This document shows positions 9,261 through 18,924 of a stretch of DNA of 64,000 nucleotides, piece by piece. The notes under the pieces are model-generated. The model saw only the letters and a list, made by a program, of their open reading frames with translations. It was not told where the DNA came from and made no database searches. Position 1 is the stretch's first letter, and every line of letters begins with the position of its first letter. This DNA is from Candidatus Bathyarchaeota archaeon (lineage in GTDB: Archaea > Thermoproteota > Bathyarchaeia > Bathyarchaeales > DTEX01), in contig JAGTQE010000007.1 in the NCBI GenBank assembly GCA_018396635.1, forward strand, positions 2,747 to 66,746, given 5' to 3'. The translations under genes were made by a program, and so were the position numbers.

Positions 9261-10259
9261 ATGAAGCCGAAGGTTATGGTTTCACCAGGCGTGAGGGATG
9301 ATAATCCCGGATTACTTGAAGAGAAGCTATCGGATATAGCTGAGGTGGTTTATGGCACCTTCAGAGACCCGAAAAATATTCCTAGCGACATAAAAGATTC
9401 GGAGGCGATGATACTCGCTCTTGAGCCGATAAATGACGAGGTTCTCGATAACTTTCCAAAGCTGAAAATTATCGCCAGATACGGCGTCGGATATGATACC
9501 GTTGATGTTAATGCATGTACCAAAAGGGGGATTTACGTGACGCATACGCCGGGAATTTTGTCTCATGCGGTTGCAGAGCTAACTATCGGCTTAATGCTTT
9601 GTCTCTCAAGAGCGTTGATAGAGGCAGATAGGTACGTGAGGACCGAATGGGCTGGCCCCAAGGGATCTAGGCTGAAGATGGGAATAGACCTCTATGGTAA
9701 AACCCTTGGAATAATTGGTTTGGGCAGAATAGGGTATGAGGTTGCTGTCAGGGCAAGGTCCTTTGGCATGAAAATAATTTACTACGATGTAGAGAGAAAA
9801 TATGAAGCTGAGAAAACTCTGGGAGCGCAGTACGTTGATTTAGAGACCCTACTGAGAGAATCTGATTTTGTATCGATCCATGTTCCTTTAACGCCCCAAA
9901 CAAGGAGGCTCATAGGTGAGAAGGAACTGAGGATGATGAAGCCAACGGCATATTTAATAAATACTTCAAGGGGCGCGGTTGTAGATGAGGAGGCTCTATG
10001 TAGGGCCCTTAAAGAAGGGTGGATAGCTGGCGCTGGGCTTGACGTATTCGTCAAGGAGCCTCTTCCACTTGATAGTCCGCTTATAGGTATGAGGAACGTC
10101 GTATTATCTCCGCATATCGGTACATACACTGTTGAGACTAGGAGGAGTATGGCCCTAATGTGCATAGAGAATGTTCGTGCAGCATTAATGGGCATGGTTC
10201 CTCCCAACCTTGTTCCGGAGCAGAGAGGGATGGTCTTTAAGCGAGGTGCGTTCTCTTAG
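9261..10259 (+). CDS. D-isomer-specific 2-hydroxyacid dehydrogenase (glyoxylate/hydroxypyruvate reductase-like)
   Basis: 332 aa. GIIGLGRIGYEVA NAD site, NTSRG, SPHIG. Confidence 0.85.
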   Translation: MKPKVMVSPGVRDDNPGLLEEKLSDIAEVVYGTFRDPKNIPSDIKDSEAMILALEPINDEVLDNFPKLKIIARYGVGYDTVDVNACTKRGIYVTHTPGILSHAVAELTIGLMLCLSRALIEADRYVRTEWAGPKGSRLKMGIDLYGKTLGIIGLGRIGYEVAVRARSFGMKIIYYDVERKYEAEKTLGAQYVDLETLLRESDFVSIHVPLTPQTRRLIGEKELRMMKPTAYLINTSRGAVVDEEALCRALKEGWIAGAGLDVFVKEPLPLDSPLIGMRNVVLSPHIGTYTVETRRSMALMCIENVRAALMGMVPPNLVPEQRGMVFKRGAFS

Positions 10260-10313
10260 ACCTCAGGCGTAGTCAAGTATATATCAGCGCCATTTAAATC
10301 TTATTTTAGGGGT

Positions 10314-10853
10314 TTGTTTATGGTCATGGAGGATTTTAACCTGCTTGTCTCAACGTCTAAAGGTAATGAGAATAATGCATGCTCCGAGATATGGTTTCTT
10401 TTGGGCGAGCTAGGTGACAGAGAGGCCTTAGTTGATAGGACTGAAGTTGCGGGGTTGGTTGTTGCTAAAACTAAGCTGAATCCATTTGAGGCAATAGAGG
10501 GCTTGAGGAACATTCTCAGGGAGAGGCCTTGGGAGTTCCGTTATGTTCTAAAAGTTGTCCCAATAGAGGTTGTTGTAAGGACTAGGATAGATGAGATAAA
10601 GAGGGCTGCGGCCTCCCTCCATCACAAAATATTAGAGAATGAAACTTTCCGCGTTACCGTTGAGAAGCGGCATACGGAGATGCCGACAAAAGATATAATA
10701 GAGGCCGCTGTAGAGAATCTAAACCGCAAAGTAGACCTAAACAACCCGGATAAGATAATTCTTATTGAGGTTTTAGGGAGGCTAACTGGCATATCGGTAA
10801 TAAGACCAAAAGATATACTATCCGTCACTAAGGAGCGTCCTCAGCCATCCTGA
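10314..10853 (+). CDS. THUMP domain-containing RNA-binding protein
   Basis: 179 aa with an N-terminal ferredoxin-like part followed by a THUMP-like FRVTVEKRH...IILIEVLG pattern. Confidence 0.65.
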   Translation: MFMVMEDFNLLVSTSKGNENNACSEIWFLLGELGDREALVDRTEVAGLVVAKTKLNPFEAIEGLRNILRERPWEFRYVLKVVPIEVVVRTRIDEIKRAAASLHHKILENETFRVTVEKRHTEMPTKDIIEAAVENLNRKVDLNNPDKIILIEVLGRLTGISVIRPKDILSVTKERPQPS

Positions 10854-10864
10854 CGTGTTTGCCG

Positions 10865-11422
10865 CTAACGCTGCGTAACCAAGAGAGCCGCCCTCTCGAT
10901 CAGAACATTCTTTATGGCGTCTTCTATTGAGTCCCTCATGGAGGATTCTATCTCCTCACGAGATATTTTGAACGCGTTTATTATAGCGGGTATTTTTTCC
11001 TTGTTTAGATCGATGACGCTATGGTCAGGTTCTCCACCCACAATCTCTGAGATCGCATTTAGCGTGGATAAAGCCTGCTCTCGGCTATCAGATACTATCA
11101 CAACCGCTATTTTGTGGGAAGATTGTTTAACGCCCAAAACTTCAATGGCCCTTTTAATTTGATCCTGCCCGGAAGCAAACAATAGGATTTCGATCTCAAG
11201 GTTTTTAGAGATGTTTATGCCGGCTTCAAAGGCCTTTAACGCATTTAGGACAGCGAAGTAAATATGTTCAAATCCGGCTATCAGGTTAGCATCCAAAATT
11301 TGGATGTGGGAAGACTTCAGCCTAGACCCGATCGAGTTGAAAAGATCATCTATGTCCTTTATCTTAACATTTTTAAAGCCCTCAACGACTAAATATTTGC
11401 CTAAAACCTCAGATTCCCTCAT
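10865..11422 (-). CDS. cgi121: KEOPS complex subunit Cgi121
   Basis: 185 aa. IQILDANLIAG...LNALKAF...EILLFASGQDQIKRAIEVLGV...VGGE...DLN parallels archaeal Cgi121 such as the M. jannaschii protein. Confidence 0.75.
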   Translation of the reverse strand: MRESEVLGKYLVVEGFKNVKIKDIDDLFNSIGSRLKSSHIQILDANLIAGFEHIYFAVLNALKAFEAGINISKNLEIEILLFASGQDQIKRAIEVLGVKQSSHKIAVVIVSDSREQALSTLNAISEIVGGEPDHSVIDLNKEKIPAIINAFKISREEIESSMRDSIEDAIKNVLIERAALLVTQR

Positions 11423-12018
11423 CCAATCTCCCTCAGGATTTCGTCTATGAATTTATCGAGTAGGCGCTTATCCATTCCACACTCAATAAGCTTTCTCCTC
11501 ATCTCTTCGATTGGTGTGCCGCTCTTCCTGCATTTGTCTATAAGGTTCTTCACGGTCTCCCTCCTCTCCCATGGAAAGACTATCCAGCGCCTCGTGACTT
11601 TCACATAGTAGTCTGGGACGATTATGCTCCAGGGCTTATAATATATTGTTGCAGTCCTAATAGTTTTGGCGCCATTCTCCCTGACATGGGAATAGACTAC
11701 TTTCAGGCTTTTCCCGGTATCGGCGACGTCATCCATTATGAGAACGTTCTTCTCCTTCACTGATACTGAGAGAGGCTGAGTTATGACTGGCTCTTCTCCT
11801 GTCTCGGCAACTCCACGATAAAACTCAACTCGAACGCTGGCCAACTCAACATTTCCAAGGAGATCTGACATAACCCTTGCCGGAGGCAATCCTCCACGTG
11901 ATATGCCAATAATAAAGTCTGGTTTAAACCCATCCCTTCTAATCATGTCCGCTAGCGAGAGCAGCATCTCATAAATTTCATCCCACGAGGGAACCTCGAA
12001 CTCTATATCCAACCGCAT
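11419..12018 (-). CDS. purine (hypoxanthine/guanine-type) phosphoribosyltransferase
   Basis: 199 aa. PRPP-binding loop VLIMDDVADTGKSL and the upstream ISRGG loop. It overlaps cgi121 by 4 nt. Confidence 0.8.
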   Translation of the reverse strand: MRLDIEFEVPSWDEIYEMLLSLADMIRRDGFKPDFIIGISRGGLPPARVMSDLLGNVELASVRVEFYRGVAETGEEPVITQPLSVSVKEKNVLIMDDVADTGKSLKVVYSHVRENGAKTIRTATIYYKPWSIIVPDYYVKVTRRWIVFPWERRETVKNLIDKCRKSGTPIEEMRRKLIECGMDKRLLDKFIDEILREIG

Positions 12019-12103
12019 ATTGTCTCAAGAAAGAGATTGAAATCTCACAATAAAAATGTTAAAGTTCTCTTCTCTTAAGAAGGTTGGGAAATATTTTGGG
12101 CAC

Positions 12104-13087
12104 TTACATTAACTCTTGTAGTGCCCTTAATCTTTTGATGATGTTTGGGTGTGTTGAGAAGAGTTCAGCCAGCTGCTCCGCAAATGTAACTCTCCGCCTC
12201 GTATATTCATAGATTAAGTCGCTTTCACTTCTTAATATGCCTTCCCTCGAAAGCGTTATTGTTTCCTTTTCAGAATTCTCTGGATCAGAGATGAATAGGG
12301 CTCTAAATGAGCTTAAGCTTCCCAGATTGCCATATCTTCTACGCAGTCTGGTCGTTGACTCAACTATTTTTATTAAGCCTAATGCGAGTTTTCTTGCTCC
12401 TCCAGGTACAACCGTTGCACTATGCCTATCGGCGTAATACTCTCTTAACCTGCTTAGATAAAGCGTGAAGAGCGTCAGTATCCAGTAGACGGCTATGCTA
12501 AGCAGGCCTATTAACGCAAGCAATCCGCCATTTCCACCCCTATCCCTTCTACCGCCGCCATAGCCATAGTACATTGACGACCACATCAGCGAGTATCCGA
12601 TGTAATAGAATATTGCTGGTAGAAGTGAAACGAACATCATAACTTGGACGTCACGATGCTTTAGGTGTCCAATCTCATGGCCTATAACTGCTTCAACCTC
12701 ATCTAGGTTTAATGTTTTGAGTAAGCCTGTTGTAACGGCCACTCTATTGCCGGTTAAAGGTGAGCCGTATGCGAAAGCGTTCGGTATCTGTATATTTGCT
12801 ATCCTCAGCTCCGGCGTCTTTATGCCGCTTTTAGCGCTGAGCCTCTCCACAATCTCATATAGCTCCGGCTCCTCAACCCTAGAAACCTTCTTAGTATTAT
12901 ATATTGCGTCGATTATGTATGGTGCTATAAGCCACTGGAGCAGGTTCACGAAAAGCACGGATACGCCTAGGGTTATGAGGTTTAGCGCTCCAAGCAACGA
13001 CAGTATTATTGTTATGAAGAGCGTTGATAGGCCTATTATTGCAGCTAACGTTGTGAGCATAGCGAATTTAAGTTTAAAGGCGCTCAT
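12104..13087 (-). CDS. htpX: M48-family zinc metalloprotease HtpX
   Basis: HEIGHLKHRD (HExxH), four TM segments and a C-terminal THPNIIKRL. I prefer the ATG at 13087; the ORF track begins at a TTG at 13120. Confidence 0.85.
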   Translation of the reverse strand: MSAFKLKFAMLTTLAAIIGLSTLFITIILSLLGALNLITLGVSVLFVNLLQWLIAPYIIDAIYNTKKVSRVEEPELYEIVERLSAKSGIKTPELRIANIQIPNAFAYGSPLTGNRVAVTTGLLKTLNLDEVEAVIGHEIGHLKHRDVQVMMFVSLLPAIFYYIGYSLMWSSMYYGYGGGRRDRGGNGGLLALIGLLSIAVYWILTLFTLYLSRLREYYADRHSATVVPGGARKLALGLIKIVESTTRLRRRYGNLGSLSSFRALFISDPENSEKETITLSREGILRSESDLIYEYTRRRVTFAEQLAELFSTHPNIIKRLRALQELM

Positions 13088-13152
13088 ATATATCACCAAA
13101 GATAAGTGATGAATGCTCAAATATATTTTTTATCCAGAATCTTTACAACCCT

Positions 13153-14250
13153 TTAATTGGTTGTCCCCCTACTTATAATTAGGCCAGCTTCCCTCTCAAC
13201 CTGTGGGTTCAAGTTAGCGATAACTTCTTCGATAACCTTTGAGGCCAACTCCCTTAACCTTTCAGATATATAACCTAGCTGCACAGCCCTCTCAAGTTTA
13301 TCAAAATCTATCTTTTGAATTCTTCCATCAGGCCACATGCATACGTCTACTTCTAGGTCGACATACCTTATTTTTCCTGGATAGATCTCTATCGGAGTAT
13401 TTATGTTTACATATGTTCCCTTATAGTTGCCGTCCTTAGAGAAGTAGGATGTGTGAAAATATAATCCGCCAATCTTCATCCTTGTAATGGCGTAGTCTCC
13501 AGGCTCCTTGGTTATCTTTAGCCCATCGTAAATCCCTTGAGTTGAAAAGACTCTCATAAGAATGATGTGCTGTTTATCTTCATTAAACTCTAGTATTTGG
13601 GCCTCGCCCAGCTGGAAGACTCTTCCATTCACCTTTACATGCTCTATGTTTATTTTAGATCCCTTATATGGATATTCTCGTAGCATGCACTCCCTGAACA
13701 ATTCCTCAACTTCTCTAATTGGGTAGCCCTTTTCGAGGAGCTTCTCAGCCATCTCAACTATGGATGCGGCTCTCCCGCCATATGCCTTATAGTAGTGATG
13801 GCCGCTTAAAGTTGGAACTATAGCACTTCTAATTTCATCTAGTTTTCTTTTAGAGAGCCCTGGAAACTCAACATCAATGCGTATAATTTGGTGAGAGGTT
13901 GAGGAGTTAACTTCTCTTAAAATCTCGGGTAGGTTAAGAGAATCTTCCATGCTATTAGATTGTGGCGATGCGAAGATTGAGTGTGTCCTCCTAATTATCA
14001 CGTCATCGAGGTAATTAAGTAGGATTGCCGCAACCTTTTCGACGGCTGCTGAATCACCAACAACGTTAACTCCCTGCTTATCGAACCTGTCGTTTATCTC
14101 TAGATCAGGCTGGGAGCAATCTTCTGGAGAGGGAACTAGCTTAAACCTCTCCCTTATCGTCGCTGAGGGCTGAACTATCTTGAAGCCATTTTCAAGCAGT
14201 AGGCGAGTTAATGCGGTACTGTAAATTCCTCTCACTTTAGCCTTAAACAT
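13153..14250 (-). CDS. FAU-1/AubA-type RNA-binding ribonuclease (RNase E/G-like, C-terminal DUF402)
   Basis: 365 aa. The N-terminus KVRGIYSTALTRLLLENGF is characteristic of archaeal FAU-1. Confidence 0.7.
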   Translation of the reverse strand: MFKAKVRGIYSTALTRLLLENGFKIVQPSATIRERFKLVPSPEDCSQPDLEINDRFDKQGVNVVGDSAAVEKVAAILLNYLDDVIIRRTHSIFASPQSNSMEDSLNLPEILREVNSSTSHQIIRIDVEFPGLSKRKLDEIRSAIVPTLSGHHYYKAYGGRAASIVEMAEKLLEKGYPIREVEELFRECMLREYPYKGSKINIEHVKVNGRVFQLGEAQILEFNEDKQHIILMRVFSTQGIYDGLKITKEPGDYAITRMKIGGLYFHTSYFSKDGNYKGTYVNINTPIEIYPGKIRYVDLEVDVCMWPDGRIQKIDFDKLERAVQLGYISERLRELASKVIEEVIANLNPQVEREAGLIISRGTTN

Positions 14251-14268
14251 TGTGGCTCACCATTAAGC

Positions 14269-15303
14269 CTAAATCTTTACAATCCTGTATAACCCGTTCA
14301 CCTTATCTATTTGGAATTTCACCCCCAGTATCTCCTCTGCAAGCCATATGTTGGATTCTAGATGATCGGATATTATTCTAGTTAAGTAAACTGACTCGCC
14401 CTTGGCTAAAGCCACGTATGGAATAAGCATGTCGGCCAAATGGATATCAACAGTCGCTTTTGCATTGATCTCCTCAAGCAGCCCTTTAACAGCCTCTTGT
14501 GCAACTTCTTCGCTAGTCTTTCCAATCTCGCCTATGGAGTCGCTTCCGAGAAGCGCTCCCTTATCTGTTTCAGCCCATAAGACTAGGGAGCTCCCCTTCT
14601 GCAATGGGTTTGAGAAATCGTTTATTACTTGAATCCTCGGGGTTAAACCATTTGTCTGTAGTAGTCTCTCAGCCTCCTTAGCCTGTCTCTCAGCAACCTT
14701 CCTATCAGCTAGGAACGTGCATACTGACACGCCTCTAACATCCGCTATCTCACCGAACTCCTCAAGCCTTATGGGTTTGAGCTCCCTACATGGCTGAACT
14801 CTCAACATAACTTCGCCCATTCCCTTAGGATAGTAGCCATATCTTTTAACTTCTATCTGAGCCCTCAGCCCCATCCTCTCAAGGATCCTAAGGTAGACAT
14901 TTATCAGGTAGTTTATTGTCGGCGAGTGTCGGACATCGGTTCCGCCCTTCGAGATCCTTAAAGAGACTGGCTGCTTGGCAAACGCACAGATGGGTAATAT
15001 CGTCATTATTAGCATAGGTATGCTTCCAGCTGTGCCGATCTCAGCGGTGAGCTCCCCACCAGATATTTCTCCAGGCTCAAACCAGAGCTCCTGAGATCCG
15101 ATGAAGGCGCCTTTAACCTTCGCATTACATAGTTTGGCTGCCGTTAGAACCGACTCAAGGTGTTGTGGTCTGAGGCCGGGCTCGCTTCTCTTCTTCCTGA
15201 TATTGTAGATATGTAGCGGCTCATTTATTATGCTGGCTAAGGCTATTGAGAGGCGCAGTATTGTGCCGCTTCCGCTCTTCTGGCTGCCGTCGATCTCAAG
15301 CAT
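14269..15303 (-). CDS. rtcA: RNA 3'-terminal phosphate cyclase
   Basis: 344 aa. MLEIDGSQKSGSGTILRLSIALA, RPGLRPQHL and the overall RtcA layout. Confidence 0.9.
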   Translation of the reverse strand: MLEIDGSQKSGSGTILRLSIALASIINEPLHIYNIRKKRSEPGLRPQHLESVLTAAKLCNAKVKGAFIGSQELWFEPGEISGGELTAEIGTAGSIPMLIMTILPICAFAKQPVSLRISKGGTDVRHSPTINYLINVYLRILERMGLRAQIEVKRYGYYPKGMGEVMLRVQPCRELKPIRLEEFGEIADVRGVSVCTFLADRKVAERQAKEAERLLQTNGLTPRIQVINDFSNPLQKGSSLVLWAETDKGALLGSDSIGEIGKTSEEVAQEAVKGLLEEINAKATVDIHLADMLIPYVALAKGESVYLTRIISDHLESNIWLAEEILGVKFQIDKVNGLYRIVKI

Positions 15304-15470
15304 GTAAGAATCCTCTCTGCTATAATGCTAGGATAAAATAAATACTGTTATGGGGAAAATTAAGTTTAACTCAGCATATTTTGTTGGAAATGGTTAAATA
15401 GGCTGGAATTTATAGGAGGGCATAGAATATAACCCCTAAATTTTACATTTATTATTTGGGGCGTTAGGTT

Positions 15471-15863
15471 ATGAGCGATGAGGATGTCGATGCCAAAGAG
15501 ATTCTTAAGCGTCTAGAAGATTTAACGAGGGTTCTTAAGATAATTAGCGACGATCTCGCTGAGATAACTAAGATGCTGAGAATTTATGTTACCTCACGTA
15601 CTGAAAGGTTGCCGGCAAATATTGGATCTATTGGTCAGCCTCAAAAGCCGAAGACTATTGATGATATCCAAAAGGTTTTTCCGCAAGATCTGCTGGGTCT
15701 GCTACTTTTTGAGGTCACAGATGACTATATAATTATTAAGCCTAGACAATATCTCGGCCCAGAAAATTTTGCTAGGGTCGCTTCAATAGTGCGTGATTAC
15801 CTTAAGGGGGAATATGTTAGTCAAGGAAAGGATTCCCATTTCAGAGTTCTGAGAAGAACCTGA
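15471..15863 (+). CDS. hypothetical protein
   Basis: 130-aa ORF with a promoter-like AT-rich upstream region and an N-terminal coiled-coil-like segment. I recognise no family. Confidence 0.55.
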   Translation: MSDEDVDAKEILKRLEDLTRVLKIISDDLAEITKMLRIYVTSRTERLPANIGSIGQPQKPKTIDDIQKVFPQDLLGLLLFEVTDDYIIIKPRQYLGPENFARVASIVRDYLKGEYVSQGKDSHFRVLRRT

Positions 15864-15893
15864 AAATAAAAGGTTGCCTTTTGATGCTATTCT

Positions 15894-16271
15894 CTAAATG
15901 TAGAATGTTTCGCCTGCTCCTCTTCCAGTCCTCTCTTCAGCCTCACGCCTAGCCTCTAGGGCAGCGCTTCCTTTTCTGGCACCCTGCTTCGTCACTTCAA
16001 TATCATATTTTATGAATTCTTGAACGAACTCCCCTAGGCGCCTATTCATTTCAGCGAGTTCTTCTTTACTGAACGCAACCATGATATCCGGGTTGTTGAC
16101 CCAATTCATCCAGCCGAGCAGGCTCCTATGTAGGGACAGTAGGATGAAGCGCATTGATTGAACAATCTCAAGTCTATCCATATCTTTCCTTTCAAGGAAT
16201 CTTCTTATCTGCTCTAGGGCCCTTTCAGATGCTTGTATCCAGCCCTCGCTCAATATTTCCCACCCCGACAA
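15894..16271 (-). CDS. hypothetical helical protein
   Basis: 125-aa ORF with no motif I can name reliably. Confidence 0.5.
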   Translation of the reverse strand: MSGWEILSEGWIQASERALEQIRRFLERKDMDRLEIVQSMRFILLSLHRSLLGWMNWVNNPDIMVAFSKEELAEMNRRLGEFVQEFIKYDIEVTKQGARKGSAALEARREAEERTGRGAGETFYI

Positions 16272-16370
16272 CTCTTTTCTTCTCCTGCTAATTAACTCGG
16301 ATTTCCGGCTAAGTATAAGTGCACATTCACTAATATTCCTTTTGGTTGCGAAGGAGAAAGTTTAAATACC

Positions 16371-16646
16371 TTAATAGAGGATTTTAAAGCCTTTAAACTC
16401 GCCCGTTGGATTCTCCCATATAACCTCAACATTCTTGACAACGGCGCCGGGAGGCCCCCTACGGCAGAACTCTATCATGGCTTCAACGTTCTCTTTTTCA
16501 CCCTCGAAAACCGCTTCAACTCTGCCATCAGGAAGGTTGCGAACCCACCCGCTAACATTGTTGCGTAAAGCCCTTAGGCGTGTCTCATGCCTAAAGAAGA
16601 CTCCTTGAACCCTCCCGCTGACAAAGACATGTGCCCTAACCTTCAC
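16371..16646 (-). CDS. acyP: acylphosphatase
   Basis: 91 aa. VSGRVQGVFFR and GWVRNLPDGRVE are acylphosphatase signatures. Confidence 0.9.
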   Translation of the reverse strand: MKVRAHVFVSGRVQGVFFRHETRLRALRNNVSGWVRNLPDGRVEAVFEGEKENVEAMIEFCRRGPPGAVVKNVEVIWENPTGEFKGFKILY

Positions 16647-16686
16647 TAGACATCACCCTTCCAGATGAAGGGAGGCTTTTCAGCAG

Positions 16687-17010
16687 CTACAATACTTTTC
16701 TGAACCTTATGGTTTGGTTATGAAGCTCGACATCATATATCTGATTGACGTCGAAGTCGACGCCTAAATCTTCGTACTCCCGCTCAGTTAAGAATAATAT
16801 TATTTTTGGCATGCTGATTTGGGATTGAATGTTAAGTATTGGGATCTGCTGTTGTAACACTTTAATCATGTCTTGAACCATTCTAGCCTCTTCACTCATC
16901 GGCATTATGGCGAATCTGGGCGTAGTCTCCTCTTGAACAAGCTCTATGCGTTTTCCCAAGTTTCCCTCAAAATCCCTAAAGGACTCTATCCTCTGAACCC
17001 TAACCCTCAT
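16687..17010 (-). CDS. hypothetical protein
   Basis: 107-aa ORF, same strand and close to acyP. No recognisable motif. Confidence 0.5.
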   Translation of the reverse strand: MRVRVQRIESFRDFEGNLGKRIELVQEETTPRFAIMPMSEEARMVQDMIKVLQQQIPILNIQSQISMPKIILFLTEREYEDLGVDFDVNQIYDVELHNQTIRFRKVL

Positions 17011-17075
17011 AATTTGACACCATAAAGAGATAATAATGTAATATGCCTATAAAAGGTAGATGGATGATGTTAACC

Positions 17076-18281
17076 CTACTCCATCTCTATCGTTGCTGGA
17101 GGCTTAGGAGTTACGTCGAAGTAGATTGAGGAGACTTCTGGGCAAGTGTTTAGGATCCCCTCAGCTGTCTCCCTGAGGCAGCTCCACGGTATCTCTGCGA
17201 CTTCAGCTGTAAGGAAGTCCTCGGTCTTAACGGCTCTTATAGCGATCGAGTACAATCCCGCTCTTTCAGCTTCAGAGACCAGATATAATATTCTTGCAAT
17301 GTGCTGGTTCTCCTCCAATATAGCCTTCTGAACTTCGAGCAGCTTGTTTAAGGGAGGCATGTAAACCTCGCCGCTAATGGAGCATTTAATGGCGAGTATG
17401 TCGCCATATTTACGTGCCCCCCCTCTAATGCCAGTCGCTTTATCCTCAAAAACCCTCAATGAAATGCTCTCAGGGCTGACTCCCAGAATTAGTGACGCAG
17501 CCTTAATTATTCTCTCGACCTCAGTAACCGGCTTAAAACTGTTGTCTATTATAGCCGCAAAGTATTGGCTTGGCTTGTAGGGAGCCATCTTCTCTTCGAC
17601 GATGTTTGTCGCCTTCTTCAACGCTGCAAGCTTATCCTCCTTAATTTCGCCGACAACTCTAACTGAGAGCCCTGGACCTGGGAATGGCTGGCGTTCACTT
17701 ATTTCGGGCGGTATCTTCAAGTATCTTGCAACCTCTCTAACCTGCCACTTAAGTAGGCTGGCCAGGGGCTCAACAACCTTAAAGCCGTAGAGGTCACGTG
17801 TGTTCAGACCTATTTGCTCTAGGACATTATGCTGAGTTTTTATCCCACCCTTTGTTTCAATTATGTCGGCTAGAATAGTCCCCTGAACAAGGTATTCGCA
17901 CCCTTCCCTCTTCGCTATCTCACTTAAAACTCTATAGAACGTCTCCCTGAAAGCCTTTCTCTTCTCCTCGGCTTCTCTGAGACCTTTAAGCGCTTTTAGA
18001 AAGCGATCCTGAACCCGCTCAATTCTTATTGGAAGGTTTAGTGGGGGATTAGAGAGGGTCTCGGCAACCCTTTCAGGCTCATTCAGCCTCATGAAGGCGT
18101 CGTCGAGGATAACGCAAATTAGATTATCTCCTATAGCCATATGCGTTAAAACAGCGCATGTTGAGCTGTCAACTCCTCCAGAGACGGCTATGAGTGCCCT
18201 GCCGTCACCTATGATCCGTCTAATCTCCCTGATCTGTCTCTCAACAAAGTCTTTAGGGTTAAACACGTCCAACTCAAACAC
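17076..18281 (-). CDS. GMP synthase subunit B-like PP-loop ATP pyrophosphatase (with internal insertion)
   Basis: 401 aa. PP-loop AVSGGVDSS, QPFPGPGL, and the C-terminal DVTPKPPATIEME typical of the GMP synthase ATP-PPase/dimerisation domain. Confidence 0.75.
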   Translation of the reverse strand: MFELDVFNPKDFVERQIREIRRIIGDGRALIAVSGGVDSSTCAVLTHMAIGDNLICVILDDAFMRLNEPERVAETLSNPPLNLPIRIERVQDRFLKALKGLREAEEKRKAFRETFYRVLSEIAKREGCEYLVQGTILADIIETKGGIKTQHNVLEQIGLNTRDLYGFKVVEPLASLLKWQVREVARYLKIPPEISERQPFPGPGLSVRVVGEIKEDKLAALKKATNIVEEKMAPYKPSQYFAAIIDNSFKPVTEVERIIKAASLILGVSPESISLRVFEDKATGIRGGARKYGDILAIKCSISGEVYMPPLNKLLEVQKAILEENQHIARILYLVSEAERAGLYSIAIRAVKTEDFLTAEVAEIPWSCLRETAEGILNTCPEVSSIYFDVTPKPPATIEME

Positions 18282-18429
18282 ACCTCTATTCTAGTGCCGA
18301 TGAGTAATGATGCTTAGTTTCAGGTAAATAAGTTTTCCTTTAGGTTTATAGATAAAACCTTGGTTTTTAATTTGCGGGGAAGGTTTTGTAACTTCGATAA
18401 GATAAGTTTTATCTCTAATTTATATATTT

Positions 18430-18451
18430 AAATATTCATTAAATATTCATT
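18430..18451. repeat. perfect tandem duplication of an 11-nt unit (aaatattcatt x2)
   Basis: Read directly at 18430-18440 and 18441-18451, inside a 384-bp AT-rich non-coding stretch. Confidence 0.9.
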
Positions 18452-18665
18452 GGAGGGCACTATTCCGTTAGATCAGAGTAGCAAAGCATTTTTGAAATTT
18501 TGGCGAGAGGATCCTCAAATTTTTAATGTTCATGTGAAATTTAAGTTACGCTATGATATCTCTAAGTCATTTTCAACCCCGCTTCACTATGTCAGGTCAC
18601 AATTTAAGATTTAAATCTCCTCATAATATACAGATATTAGGCGTGATTGTTGAGGGTGTATTGTA

Positions 18666-18818
18666 ATGAAGCTCGTAACGGTCTTGCTCCCGGAAGCCTA
18701 TCTCGAAGGTTTAGATGAGCTCGTTAGGCAGAACATGTATCCGAGCAGAAGTGCTGCCATAAGGACTGCTGTAAGGGATTTACTTAAGCGTGAGCTATGG
18801 TCTAAACAGCGGGGTTAA
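18666..18818 (+). CDS. ribbon-helix-helix (CopG/Arc-like) DNA-binding protein, 50 aa
   Basis: ATG at 18666 preceded by gagggtg. Translation is MKLVTVLLPEAYLEGLDELVRQNMYPSRSAAIRTAVRDLLKRELWSKQRG, a beta-strand plus two helices with the SRSxxIR motif. It is below the ORF-track length cut-off. Confidence 0.6.
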   Translation: MKLVTVLLPEAYLEGLDELVRQNMYPSRSAAIRTAVRDLLKRELWSKQRG

Positions 18819-18924
18819 AATGTGAAGGGTAAAATTTTAATCTAACCTATAGAAACTTAAATGTTGCAGCTGACCGATGAGGAGGCCTGTTGCTGGGGAC
18901 ATTTAATGACTGATGGACGGACAT

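Noticed and set aside
17076-18281. Considered whether this PP-loop protein is LarE, the NPN cofactor sulfur-insertion enzyme, given the LarA homologue in the window.
   Set aside because: PFPGPGL and the terminal KPPATIEME are GMP synthase signatures that LarE does not have.
18282-18665. An AT-rich 384-bp spacer with repeats, considered as a replication origin.
   Set aside because: I could see no ORB/mini-ORB-like dyad repeats, and no orc1/cdc6 gene is adjacent. Only one short tandem duplication is present.
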